A stretch of DNA of 61,587 bases from positions 1 through 61,587 of the forward strand of contig JADFYF010000003.1 in the NCBI GenBank assembly GCA_015233165.1. The letters are read 5' to 3'. The first letter of the stretch is position 1, and every line of letters starts with the position of its first letter. The translations under genes and the position numbers were made by a program. The DNA is from Candidatus Omnitrophota bacterium. Lineage in GTDB: Bacteria > Omnitrophota > Gorgyraeia > Zapsychrales > Fredricksoniimonadaceae. The notes beneath the pieces were generated by a model. It was not told the origin of the DNA. It searched no databases and saw only the letters and a list, made by a program, of their open reading frames with translations. This document shows, in pieces, positions 27,558-37,303 of this stretch.

Positions 27558-29538
27558 AATCCTCTCCTTGTGATTTGCCTTCCCTTTTTACCGTCAAAAA
27601 AGGCTCAACCTCCGGTTGAAGAAATAATATTCCTAACGGTGGAATTGTCAATGACAATGAAAAAGGGCGACCATGAAATGACTTCGTCGAGGCCTTCTGC
27701 CCACCGGAATTACCCTGAAAACTTCCGCCATAACATGAGGCATCACTGTTTAAAATTTCTTTCCAAAATCCACCCTCTGGAACTCCAATAGAATAGTTGT
27801 TCCATGTCATAGGAGTAAAATTACAAACAACCACAACTTGAGATTTATTATTCGCTGACTTTCGAATGAAACTAATGACTCCTTGTTTATAATCACTTAA
27901 ATCAATCCATTCAAACCCTTCCGGAGAAAAATCCCTCTCATATAAAGCGGGTTCTGTTTTATAAAGATAATTCAAATCCTTCATCCATTGGTGAACACCC
28001 TGATGAGGACCGTACTGCAAAAGATGCCAATCAATACTGTTCTCATGGTCCCACTCCGTCCACTGAGCAAATTCAGAACCCATAAAAATCAGCTTCTTCC
28101 CCGGATGCGCATACATATACCCTAACAACAGTCTCAAGTTAGCCAATTTCTGCCAATCATCCCCAGGCATCTTAGCTGCTAAAGACCCCTTACCGTGAGC
28201 AACTTCATCATGAGATAAGGATAGTAAGAAATTCTCTGTAAAGGCATAATAAAAAGAAAAGGTTAACTCATTGTGATGATATTTACGATAAACGGGATCC
28301 TTCGTCATGTATACAAGCGTATCGTGCATCCAACCCATATTCCATTTCATCCCAAAACCAAGGCCACCGACATTGGTAGGGCGTGAAACCCCTCCCCATG
28401 CGGTTGATTCTTCGGCAATCATCTGAGTATCTGGAAAATTCGCATAAATAACTTCATTAAGCTGACGTAGAAAAGAAATAGCCTCTAAGTTCTCACGTCC
28501 GCCGTATTTATTAGGAATCCACTCAAATTGTTTACGAGAATAATCCAAATACAACATGGAAGCAACAGCATCGACGCGAAGAGCATCAATATGAAACTTC
28601 TCCATCCAAAACATGGCCGAAGAAATGAGAAATTCTCTGACTTCATTACGGCCATAATTAAAAATGGCACTCTTCCAATCTGGATGAAACCCTGTTTTAG
28701 GATCTGCGTGTTCAAATAAATAAGTACCATCAAAATAGGATAAACCATGCCCATCTGTCGGAAAATGTGAAGGCACCCAATCTAAAATGACACCGATACC
28801 ATTCTGATGCAAGCAATCTACCAAATGCATAAAATCCTGTGGAGTTCCATAACGACTCGTCGTCGAGAAATATCCTAAAACCTGATACCCCCAGGAGCCG
28901 TAAAAGGGATGCTCCATCACAGGTAAAAACTCCACATGAGTAAAATTCATATCTTTTAAATACTTAGGTAGGTGTACAGCGAGTTCCTGATAGGTCATCG
29001 AACGATTATTATCTTCGATTACCCTTTTCCAAGAACCCAAATGCATTTCGTAAATAGACATCGGAGCATTTAAATCGTTCTTCTTATAACGTTCCTGCAT
29101 CCAGCTCTTATCTTCCCATGGATACTCCAAATCCCAGACAACAGAAGCTGTCCGAGGAGCAATTTCATTATAACAGGCAAAAGGGTCCTGTTTCTCTACT
29201 TGATAAGACCCATGGTTGGAAACGATAAAGAATTTATATAAATCTCCTTTAACAACACCAGGAATAAACCCTTCCCAAATGCCGGAAGAATCCCACCGGG
29301 AACTTAAAGGATGCTCGTCACGGTGCCAATGATTGAAACTACCAATAACAGACACCTTCTTGGCGTTGGGCGCCCAAACAGCGAAATGAACTCCAACAAT
29401 TCCATCAACAACAAGGGAATGTGCACCTAATTTCTCGTAAAGTTTAAAGTGATTTCCTTCTTTAAATAGATAGGAATCGTGCTCGGTAAAGAAAGGGGCA
29501 GGAATAACTTGAGCGTCTTGCTTAAGGGCTTGATTCAT
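27538..29538 (-). CDS. glgB: 1,4-alpha-glucan branching enzyme (GH13)
   Basis: GH13 regions DALRVDAVASMLY, AEEST, LSHDEV; 666 aa. Confidence 0.92.
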   Translation of the reverse strand: MNQALKQDAQVIPAPFFTEHDSYLFKEGNHFKLYEKLGAHSLVVDGIVGVHFAVWAPNAKKVSVIGSFNHWHRDEHPLSSRWDSSGIWEGFIPGVVKGDLYKFFIVSNHGSYQVEKQDPFACYNEIAPRTASVVWDLEYPWEDKSWMQERYKKNDLNAPMSIYEMHLGSWKRVIEDNNRSMTYQELAVHLPKYLKDMNFTHVEFLPVMEHPFYGSWGYQVLGYFSTTSRYGTPQDFMHLVDCLHQNGIGVILDWVPSHFPTDGHGLSYFDGTYLFEHADPKTGFHPDWKSAIFNYGRNEVREFLISSAMFWMEKFHIDALRVDAVASMLYLDYSRKQFEWIPNKYGGRENLEAISFLRQLNEVIYANFPDTQMIAEESTAWGGVSRPTNVGGLGFGMKWNMGWMHDTLVYMTKDPVYRKYHHNELTFSFYYAFTENFLLSLSHDEVAHGKGSLAAKMPGDDWQKLANLRLLLGYMYAHPGKKLIFMGSEFAQWTEWDHENSIDWHLLQYGPHQGVHQWMKDLNYLYKTEPALYERDFSPEGFEWIDLSDYKQGVISFIRKSANNKSQVVVVCNFTPMTWNNYSIGVPEGGFWKEILNSDASCYGGSFQGNSGGQKASTKSFHGRPFSLSLTIPPLGILFLQPEVEPFLTVKREGKSQGEDYERENN

Positions 29539-29617
29539 AGGCGTTTATTATATAGTTGTTACGAAGGAGCTTCAATACAATTAACAGAAGAATTAACGAT
29601 GAATGAGAATTTCTGAA

Positions 29618-30583
29618 TTAAAGAGCGCTTGTTTTGACAAGTGCTACAGCACCCAAAATAACAGCGTCATCCCCCAAGGCAGACTGAATAATACGACAGG
29701 TATTAAACCCTTTGAAAAACGGATCCGCTTTAACAGCCTTTTCAATAATAGGCAGCATAAAGAATCCACAAGCCTTAATAACACCACCGCCAAAAACAAT
29801 CGCCTGAGGATTAAAGGTGTGATTGATCGATATGGAAGCCTGCCCCAAAATAGTCGCAGTTTGTTTTAAAACAGTTTTAACAACCAAATCGTTCTTTTGT
29901 AAAGCTTCTTTTAATACCCTACTTTTAATAGTGGTTAAACTGCCGTTATTCAATTCTTTAACAATACTTTTTTCCCCACTCTTAATGAGCGCGCGAATAT
30001 CTCTCTCAATAGCCCAACGGCTGGTTAAAGCCTCCAAACAACCGTGATTACCGCAATGACACAATGGTCCAGAGACCTGCATAATCATATGACCCAACTC
30101 TGTTGCGGCTCCCTGAAGCCCTAAAAGCAATTTACCGTTAATCAAAACAGCTCCCCCCACACCCGTGCCAGGAGCAATCGCCACCACATGACTTAATCCA
30201 CGCGCCGCTCCCAACCATGCCTCACCTAATAAACCAGCATTGACATCATTGGTCATGACAATCTTCATTCTATATTTCTTTTTTAAATGAGCACTTAAAG
30301 GAAACCCTGAAAGATTAATGTTCGGGGCTGCCAATATATGGTGATTATCAGTATCCACAATCCCAGGAATACCAAGACCAATCCCTTTAATTTGTGAAGT
30401 TTTAATACCCAAAGCATCCTGCAGTTCTGCTATTAAATCCACTAAACACACTAAAATAGATTTCGGGGTAGCTCTAACAGGAGAAGCCATTTTGGCACGA
30501 GTAAGGATCTTTCCTCTAGATGTTACAATAGCTCCAGCGATCTTGGTACCGCCAATATCAATCCCAATGTAATAGTCGTTCAT
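29618..30583 (-). CDS. ROK-family glucokinase
   Basis: GIDIGGTKI ATP motif and ROK zinc motif CHCGNHGCLE. Confidence 0.85.
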   Translation of the reverse strand: MNDYYIGIDIGGTKIAGAIVTSRGKILTRAKMASPVRATPKSILVCLVDLIAELQDALGIKTSQIKGIGLGIPGIVDTDNHHILAAPNINLSGFPLSAHLKKKYRMKIVMTNDVNAGLLGEAWLGAARGLSHVVAIAPGTGVGGAVLINGKLLLGLQGAATELGHMIMQVSGPLCHCGNHGCLEALTSRWAIERDIRALIKSGEKSIVKELNNGSLTTIKSRVLKEALQKNDLVVKTVLKQTATILGQASISINHTFNPQAIVFGGGVIKACGFFMLPIIEKAVKADPFFKGFNTCRIIQSALGDDAVILGAVALVKTSAL

Positions 30584-30588
30584 AATAA

Positions 30589-32607
30589 TTATCGAGTATA
30601 ATGGTTAATAAAATATTCCTGTGTTGCAAAAGCCGCCTTTTGATTCAACAAACGCGCATATGTCTGGTCACTTTTCAAAACCCTCGTCTTAAGAGTATCC
30701 TTCAAATAACTATCTAGAACAAATTGTAAATGCGTTTTTATTTCAGGCTTGGTGATCTCAAAGAGAAGCTCAACCCTACGATCAAAATTACGGGTCATCC
30801 AATCCGCTGAAGAAAGGAATATCCTCGGAGATCCATTATTATTGAATTGAAAAATACGGGAATGTTCCAGGAACTGACCTACAATACTTCTGACCTCAAT
30901 ATTTTCGCTTAAACCCTCAACGCCAGGAACTAAACAACAAATCCCCCTAACAATAAGCTTAATCTTAACTCCTGCTTGGGAGGCAACATAAAGCTTCTCG
31001 ATCATTTGAACATCTTCCAGGGAATTAAATTTGGCAACAATCGATCCATTCTTATGCTTGCCGTGCTCTTCAATCTCTCGATCAATTAACTCAAAGAAAT
31101 ACTTACGTAAATCATAGGGAGAGGAAATAATCCTCTTCCATGGACTAGGTTGAGAGTATCCTGTAATAACATTAAATACGTCAGCAACGTCACGGGCAAA
31201 ATCATCATTGGCTGTAAAATAACCAATATCAGTGTAAATACGAGCCGTCTTTTCATTGTAATTCCCCGTAGATAAATGAACATATCGACGAATACGCCCC
31301 TCTTCTCTTCGGACAATCAAGGTCATTTTGGAATGAATCTTTAATCCCGCAATTCCATAAATCACATGACAACCAGCCTGTTCCAATTCACGAGCCCATT
31401 GAATATTCTTTTCCTCTTCAAAACGTGCCTTGATTTCTACAACAACCGTCACCTGTTTACGGCGCTTTGCCGCTTCCATCAAAGCCTTGATAATATTGGA
31501 ATCTTCATTCGTACGATACAGCGTCATTTTAATAGCTAGAACATCGGGATCCTTAGCTGCTGTCTGAATTAAGTCTTCTGTTGGGAAGAAAGATTGGTAG
31601 GGCATATGAATAATGAAATCTTCTTCTTTAATCTTATCAAAGATATTCTCATAAGGAGTCTTTGAAGGAACATAACTGTTGAATTTCACTCCTGGACTAT
31701 CAATACTACTAGCCATTTCAAAAAAGAAAGCTAAATCTAAATCAGAAGGTAGAAAAACAATCTCTTCTTTGGCAAAACTTAACCCCTGACACAATGTAGA
31801 AACCAACTCTTCATTAGCCCCCTGCCCCATCTGGACATAGACCGTCTTTGCGCTGGTCCGCTTCTTAAGCTCTTTCTCCATGGCCTTAAGCAAGTTGGGG
31901 GCAAATTCTTCGTCAAAAGCAATTTCGCTGTCTCGCAACAGGCGAAACTCCGAGGAGGACTGAATCTTATATCCTTTAAAGAACTCCTTAAGATTATCCT
32001 TAATTACATAGTCAATAAGGATAAAATGAAACTCCTCCCCTTCTGAGGGAAGCCTCAAAAGTCTTGGAACGGATTTAGGTATAGGAATAATTGCTAAATG
32101 ATTCTTATCTGTACGAACGATAGAAACAGCCAAAGCTATTGTTTTTGATGGCAGTATCGGAAAAGGATGCCCTTGATCGACGGCCATGGGAGTTATGATC
32201 GGATACAGAGTTGTATCAAAATAACGTTTAACAAATTTCTTCTGCCCCTCATTCAGCTCCTCAGAAGTCTTTAGAAAGATCTTATTCTTCTCCAAATCCG
32301 TTTTGATTGATCCCGTATAAATATCATATAAATCTTTAACAAGACTATCGGCTTTAAGCTTAATCTCGCCAAAAATATCCCCAGGTGTAAAACCGAACTG
32401 ATCTTTACGATTATAACCAGCCTCCAGAATCTTCTTCACTCCGGCAACACGCACCATATAAAACTCATCTAGATTGCTGACAAAAATACTTAAAAACTTT
32501 AGACGTTCCAGCAATGGATTGCGCCCATCCGCAGATTCCTCGAGTACTCTTCGGTTAAATTCCAACCAACTTAAATCTCTATGAATAAATTTATCTTTTA
32601 ATTCCAT
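30589..32607 (-). CDS. ppk: Polyphosphate kinase 1
   Basis: 672 aa. Autophosphorylation-His region LKIHSKMTLI and the PPK1 domain order. Confidence 0.92.
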   Translation of the reverse strand: MELKDKFIHRDLSWLEFNRRVLEESADGRNPLLERLKFLSIFVSNLDEFYMVRVAGVKKILEAGYNRKDQFGFTPGDIFGEIKLKADSLVKDLYDIYTGSIKTDLEKNKIFLKTSEELNEGQKKFVKRYFDTTLYPIITPMAVDQGHPFPILPSKTIALAVSIVRTDKNHLAIIPIPKSVPRLLRLPSEGEEFHFILIDYVIKDNLKEFFKGYKIQSSSEFRLLRDSEIAFDEEFAPNLLKAMEKELKKRTSAKTVYVQMGQGANEELVSTLCQGLSFAKEEIVFLPSDLDLAFFFEMASSIDSPGVKFNSYVPSKTPYENIFDKIKEEDFIIHMPYQSFFPTEDLIQTAAKDPDVLAIKMTLYRTNEDSNIIKALMEAAKRRKQVTVVVEIKARFEEEKNIQWARELEQAGCHVIYGIAGLKIHSKMTLIVRREEGRIRRYVHLSTGNYNEKTARIYTDIGYFTANDDFARDVADVFNVITGYSQPSPWKRIISSPYDLRKYFFELIDREIEEHGKHKNGSIVAKFNSLEDVQMIEKLYVASQAGVKIKLIVRGICCLVPGVEGLSENIEVRSIVGQFLEHSRIFQFNNNGSPRIFLSSADWMTRNFDRRVELLFEITKPEIKTHLQFVLDSYLKDTLKTRVLKSDQTYARLLNQKAAFATQEYFINHYTR

Positions 32608-32608
32608 A

Positions 32609-34144
32609 TTAATCCTGATTCTTTACCGTTAAGGTTAATTTGTTTCCTGTAATTTCCTCAAACAATTCTCTCTTCTCTAAGAAATTCTCCTTCTCCAATA
32701 AGAAATTATCGTTCGTAAAAACAACTATTGTCGCATCTCCCGACGCATTAAACTTAATCTCCATACGTTTAGCCTTCTGCTTATGAGAGCGATCTAAGGC
32801 ATTAGCAATACGCAACAAAGCGCTTAGCTTTTGAACTAAAATTTGCTGATTAGAAGACAGGGAGCTGTAAACCAAATGCGTCTTCAAAGGGGCCGAACGC
32901 CTGTGATAACGGGCAATACAGGCAATGATATTAATCTCATCCTCTGTTAAACGAAACAAACTAGAAGAACTAATGATATATTCACTGTGCTTATGATGAG
33001 CTCGATTATTGATAAACATCCCTAAATCATGAAAATAGGCCGCCAAAATCAAATACAGACGATCCTGCTGGGTTAATCCCAGAATATCCTTAAACGCATC
33101 AAAAAGCTTCTCGGTGATAAAAGCAACATGTTTAAGATGCTCTAAATCCATCCCGTATTTACGACACATGAAATGGGCCACAGAAATTAATTGGCTTAAC
33201 TTGTCCGTCTTCTCTGTTGCCTCTAAACGAAACAACTGATTGGCCATAATGGCTTCTGATAAAGAGGCTTCCAGAATATAAACATGCTCATTCTTAGTAA
33301 GTTTAAGAAGTGTATTAAGGATAATGGCAAAACCTATAATCGTCGTCGATATATCTGCAGGAATATTATAGGTACGGGCAATATTTTCCGGATTCATTTC
33401 TCTAAGTCGAGATAGGAACTCTTGAGCCTCTGAAGATTTAAACTTAAAAAAATCTGAATCACGACGCTTATTAGGCAAAATATTCTGAATAAAAACAGAA
33501 TAGTTCTCATCAATAAGAATAATGTCATCAATAACTAATCCGGGGTTATTCTTCTTAAGAAATAAAATCTCATTCTCGATATACTCCTCAGTAGCCTCAT
33601 GAATCTCCTGCATGGAGCCCTCTAAATTCTCCATAAACTGAGATAAGCGCAAGGTCCCAATAGGAAAACCGATATTCATCAGCGTTAACCCGCGGGCCAT
33701 CACCGACATATCCAAACTTCCCGCTCCCAATTCCGCGATCAAAAGATTCTTCTCTCCCACCGGATAGGTCTTCTGTAATTTATGATAAAGATAATAATCA
33801 ATGTAATAAACAACATCGCCAACGTTTAAGACATCAATCTTAAAACCCGTCTTACGTAAAACTGTATCTAAGAAAATATCTTGGTTACGGGCTTCACGAA
33901 CCGCCGTGGTAGCAATAACCGAGACCTCTTTTACATCATATTCTTTAAGGGTTTCCTTGTATTTCTGTAAAACTAAGGCGGTTTGATTGATAATCGTCTG
34001 CGGAATACGACTTTTAAGAAAAGCATGCCGCCCCAAAGGGACGTTATTTCTTAACGACTCAATAATCTTAACATCCTCCCCATGACGCTCCCCGATGAGA
34101 AGCTTGGTTGAAGATGAACCTATATCAATAACTCCAACACGCAT
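32609..34144 (-). CDS. ppx: Exopolyphosphatase (Ppx/GppA) with a C-terminal HD domain
   Basis: IDIGSSSTKL actin-like ATPase fold; HDLG HD motif. 1-nt gap to ppk. Confidence 0.88.
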   Translation of the reverse strand: MRVGVIDIGSSSTKLLIGERHGEDVKIIESLRNNVPLGRHAFLKSRIPQTIINQTALVLQKYKETLKEYDVKEVSVIATTAVREARNQDIFLDTVLRKTGFKIDVLNVGDVVYYIDYYLYHKLQKTYPVGEKNLLIAELGAGSLDMSVMARGLTLMNIGFPIGTLRLSQFMENLEGSMQEIHEATEEYIENEILFLKKNNPGLVIDDIILIDENYSVFIQNILPNKRRDSDFFKFKSSEAQEFLSRLREMNPENIARTYNIPADISTTIIGFAIILNTLLKLTKNEHVYILEASLSEAIMANQLFRLEATEKTDKLSQLISVAHFMCRKYGMDLEHLKHVAFITEKLFDAFKDILGLTQQDRLYLILAAYFHDLGMFINNRAHHKHSEYIISSSSLFRLTEDEINIIACIARYHRRSAPLKTHLVYSSLSSNQQILVQKLSALLRIANALDRSHKQKAKRMEIKFNASGDATIVVFTNDNFLLEKENFLEKRELFEEITGNKLTLTVKNQD

Positions 34145-34213
34145 AAGAGGCCTTTCCGTAACAATGCTCTAAATTATAACACATCCTATCCTCGTCTGTA
34201 ATGATACTTTTCC

Positions 34214-35422
34214 TTACCAAATAATAGGCTCAGCGCCCAAATCCCCCTTTAAAATCACACCAGCTATCCCTAAAGCAATAAATATTAAGAAAATTAAGAA
34301 CGAATATTGGAGTACCCCATAGAACATGCGATTGAGCTTCTTGATCCATAAAATAGCCTCTACTGTACAAAATAAAAGCATCGGAGCAAAAAATAAATAA
34401 ATGCGAGGGACCCCAAATGGAATCTTCTTAAAAGCACTTAAAACAAAACACTCTAAAAGAACACAACCAGCAACACTGCCAATGCTTGTAAACCGAAACC
34501 CGTCTTTCTTAAAAGTTGGAAATGCCATGAACAATAATCGTAGCAACCCCATTCCAATGAAAAATCTTGCCACCATTCGAATCCATTTGGGCTTATCAAC
34601 AAACCAATGACAGATTAAATTATTAATCCCCTCTTGTAAACTTCTGAAGAACTCCCTCGGAGAGTCAAAACTAATAATATAGTTCTTCCAGTAAACAATC
34701 ATTAAGTGGGCGTTACTTAGACGGAAATCATAATAATAAACCATCGATAAACAAACTATGCAGAACAACAAATAAACAATCATCAAGGGACGCCAACAGG
34801 ATTCTCGTCTGGCATCCATCCACAGATTATATAAAGGCAAAGGCATAAAGAAAAACGCTGCATAGGATAATACCCCTAACATAGAAAGGACTACTAACAT
34901 CATCCCATACATCCAACGAGACCATCTCTCCTGAATACTCTTTTGATGATACAAAAACAATAAAAATATCGCCCCCACTAAGACATCCATCGAATATTGC
35001 TTTAACTCAGCAGCATAATAGATCAAAGGGGCTGATGCCGTCCAACATAATACAAATGTCAAAACCCCTACCATCGACGACATTTGTCTTTTGACCAAGA
35101 ATATCCAAATTAAAAAAGCCATCACCATCATCACAAAAGGAAAAAAACGTAAGGCCAAAAGATGCCCATTAAAAACACTGGAAAAGAGGCCAATACCATA
35201 AAGATAAACTCTGGGAAACTCCTGATCATGAGAAAGCCCTTGATGAAACATTCGATCTAAGGAGCCATTAGTAATATTGGCATAGACACAGGCTTCATCA
35301 TTCCAAAGAGGCCTTTGATTAAAATAATGAAGCACGGCCATAAACAGATACCATCCGATCACAAATAAAACTACTAAAGAAAGTTTCTTCATCAAAATTG
35401 TCCCGTAATATCTCTCATACAA
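34214..35422 (-). CDS. Polytopic membrane protein, possibly a PMT/ArnT-like glycosyltransferase
   Basis: At least 9 hydrophobic segments. First loop motif PLWNDEA resembles the DE motif of GT39/GT83 enzymes. This is a weak call. Confidence 0.35.
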   Translation of the reverse strand: MYERYYGTILMKKLSLVVLFVIGWYLFMAVLHYFNQRPLWNDEACVYANITNGSLDRMFHQGLSHDQEFPRVYLYGIGLFSSVFNGHLLALRFFPFVMMVMAFLIWIFLVKRQMSSMVGVLTFVLCWTASAPLIYYAAELKQYSMDVLVGAIFLLFLYHQKSIQERWSRWMYGMMLVVLSMLGVLSYAAFFFMPLPLYNLWMDARRESCWRPLMIVYLLFCIVCLSMVYYYDFRLSNAHLMIVYWKNYIISFDSPREFFRSLQEGINNLICHWFVDKPKWIRMVARFFIGMGLLRLLFMAFPTFKKDGFRFTSIGSVAGCVLLECFVLSAFKKIPFGVPRIYLFFAPMLLFCTVEAILWIKKLNRMFYGVLQYSFLIFLIFIALGIAGVILKGDLGAEPIIW

Positions 35423-35423
35423 A

Positions 35424-35462
35424 CAAAAAAACCGTCCACCAGCGTCTCACGCTGATGAACGG
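35424..35462 (-). terminator. Rho-independent terminator ending the ParA-to-slyD operon
   Basis: On the minus strand: ccgttcatcagcg-tgaga-cgctggtggacgg followed by TTTTTTT. Confidence 0.85.
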
Positions 35463-35499
35463 GGTAAAAAGTAACCATCATCACTACACGCATCATTTC

Positions 35500-35970
35500 T
35501 TAATGATGACATCCACCTGTACCGTGGACATGTCCATGAGCGACTTCATCAACAGAGGCTATTCTCCGTTCCACAATCTCAACAGCAAAGGTTAAGTCCT
35601 GACCGGCTAGAGGATGATTCCCATCGAGGGTAATGTCATCTCCTTCAATATGAATCACAGACACAGGAAAACTTTCCTTGCCATTCCCCGCCTCAAAGAC
35701 ATCCCCCATATTAATCTGAGGAGTCGGCAACTTACTACGGGATACTTTATAAACCAAGGTTTGATTATAAGCACCATAGGCTTCCTTAGAAGGAATCGTC
35801 ACTGTCTTTTTTTCAGCAGGTTTCATCTGCATCAAGACATTCTCCAAACCAGGGATAATCTGACCAGATTCAGTTATAAAGATTAGAGGGTGGCCTTCGC
35901 CGGATGCATCGATCACCTTTTGATCTTTATCTGTTAACGTATAATTAAATGAAATTACTTCTTTAGACAC
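35500..35970 (-). CDS. slyD: FKBP-type peptidyl-prolyl isomerase SlyD with a His/Cys tail
   Basis: FKBP plus IF-domain layout. Tail HGHVHGTGGCHH. Confidence 0.88.
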   Translation of the reverse strand: MSKEVISFNYTLTDKDQKVIDASGEGHPLIFITESGQIIPGLENVLMQMKPAEKKTVTIPSKEAYGAYNQTLVYKVSRSKLPTPQINMGDVFEAGNGKESFPVSVIHIEGDDITLDGNHPLAGQDLTFAVEIVERRIASVDEVAHGHVHGTGGCHH

Positions 35971-36019
35971 ACGACCCCTCTTTCTCTACCTTCTGGCAGA
36001 CAAACTGCTTAATTAATAA

Positions 36020-36199
36020 TTACTTCTTCATCATAGGACAGGTCTTTTGCTCACCAGCAAAGGGACAATGGCCTGAACCAAAAATATATCCACAGGCAAA
36101 AATAAGCAACGCTAAGACGACACCTATAATGATTTTCTTAATCCCACAACAACTGCTTTTACCTGTACTGCAACATCCCTCTTTTTTCTCTTCACTCAT
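36020..36199 (-). CDS. 59-aa Cys-rich single-TM protein (unannotated, below the ORF-track cutoff)
   Basis: Hand translation: MSEEKKEGCCSTGKSSCCGIKKIIIGVVLALLIFACGYIFGSGHCPFAGEQKTCPMMKK. A strong Shine-Dalgarno sequence (caGGAGGatgct) lies before the ATG at 36197-36199. Confidence 0.6.
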   Translation of the reverse strand: MSEEKKEGCCSTGKSSCCGIKKIIIGVVLALLIFACGYIFGSGHCPFAGEQKTCPMMKK

Positions 36200-36231
36200 A
36201 GCATCCTCCTGATTAGATTGAATTTAAATTT

Positions 36232-36684
36232 CTATGGATTGGGCGTCTTCTTAAAATCATACGTCACAATACGTAGTTTCTTTGGATCAGAAATTAAAAT
36301 AGCCGGCTCCTTCTGATGTTCCATCGCCTCTTGAAGGGCATACTGAAGCTCGTCTGGGCTACCAATAAATTTAGGTTTAGGATGCTGCCAATTTTGTTGA
36401 AAATCGATAACCACACGCTGAACAGCATTATTGTAACTCATTTTACTAAGCTTCTGTTGTCCATCGTCTACAACCACAGGAGAAATCATTGGCCCTTGGG
36501 GCACAACATTAATCATTCCAATCGGAACAACCACAATCTTCTGACCTGTTTTCTGATAATCTTCAAAAGAACTAAACCTCTTCCCTCCAGAATAAATCTC
36601 GATGGCGGCCTGGGCAGATGAAGCTGATAGGATCAACAAGATTAAAACAAATACCTTCTTTGACATCTTCATTCCTTTAAACAT
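36232..36684 (-). CDS. Hypothetical secreted protein
   Basis: Signal peptide ...LSASSAQA. No recognisable domain. Its start codon overlaps the upstream gene's stop codon by 1 nt. Confidence 0.6.
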   Translation of the reverse strand: MFKGMKMSKKVFVLILLILSASSAQAAIEIYSGGKRFSSFEDYQKTGQKIVVVPIGMINVVPQGPMISPVVVDDGQQKLSKMSYNNAVQRVVIDFQQNWQHPKPKFIGSPDELQYALQEAMEHQKEPAILISDPKKLRIVTYDFKKTPNP

Positions 36685-37103
36685 TAATGCTCTCTCGCCT
36701 GTAAAATACGCCCAACAAACTCCTGTTCAAAAAGACCTTCCATCTTCTTAAGTTCTTTAGAACCTAAAAAATATTCAATAGCCTCTTCAATGGCTGTCAG
36801 CCTATTCTTTAAATATAGATACTGTGGATGAAGAATAACACCTTTGTCATCAGAGAATTTTTGTTTAATCTCATCTCGTCTTTTATGAGCGATATAGACT
36901 TCAAATTCTTCAACCTGTTGCTGATAGTCTTTAAGCAATGCCCCTTTAGGCTTTGCCAACTTATTCACGGTTTTTAATAGACGCTCATCAACCATCAACT
37001 GAGTAGTTTTACGTTCAATTCTCTCAAAAGACTCCCGCGTCGTTTTATATGCCCAAAGCAAATAACGGCGAATAAGATCTTTATGTAAAGCGCTAAGTTT
37101 CAT
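36684..37103 (-). CDS. Hypothetical helical protein
   Basis: 139 aa, charged and helical. Translationally coupled on both sides. Confidence 0.55.
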   Translation of the reverse strand: MKLSALHKDLIRRYLLWAYKTTRESFERIERKTTQLMVDERLLKTVNKLAKPKGALLKDYQQQVEEFEVYIAHKRRDEIKQKFSDDKGVILHPQYLYLKNRLTAIEEAIEYFLGSKELKKMEGLFEQEFVGRILQAREH

Positions 37104-37282
37104 TATTGAAATTTGATAGTATTATCGACGTCATGAATCATGTTAATTGTGCTATTGAGCGTTCTATTAACAGATTCTGACATAGGGCCTGAGTTTGGTT
37201 TCAAAATAACCAAAAATACGAGGACGACTGCCACAACAAGCAGGATATATTCAATAAGATTTTGTCCTTTTGCATTATTCAT
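37103..37282 (-). CDS. 59-aa Flp-like (class III signal peptide) small protein, unannotated
   Basis: Hand translation: MNNAKGQNLIEYILLVVAVVLVFLVILKPNSGPMSESVNRTLNSTINMIHDVDNTIKFQ. This matches the Flp G/XXXXEY motif followed by a hydrophobic helix. Its stop TAA overlaps the next ATG (TAATG). Confidence 0.5.
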   Translation of the reverse strand: MNNAKGQNLIEYILLVVAVVLVFLVILKPNSGPMSESVNRTLNSTINMIHDVDNTIKFQ

Positions 37283-37303
37283 AATACAAATATACCATAT
37301 CCT

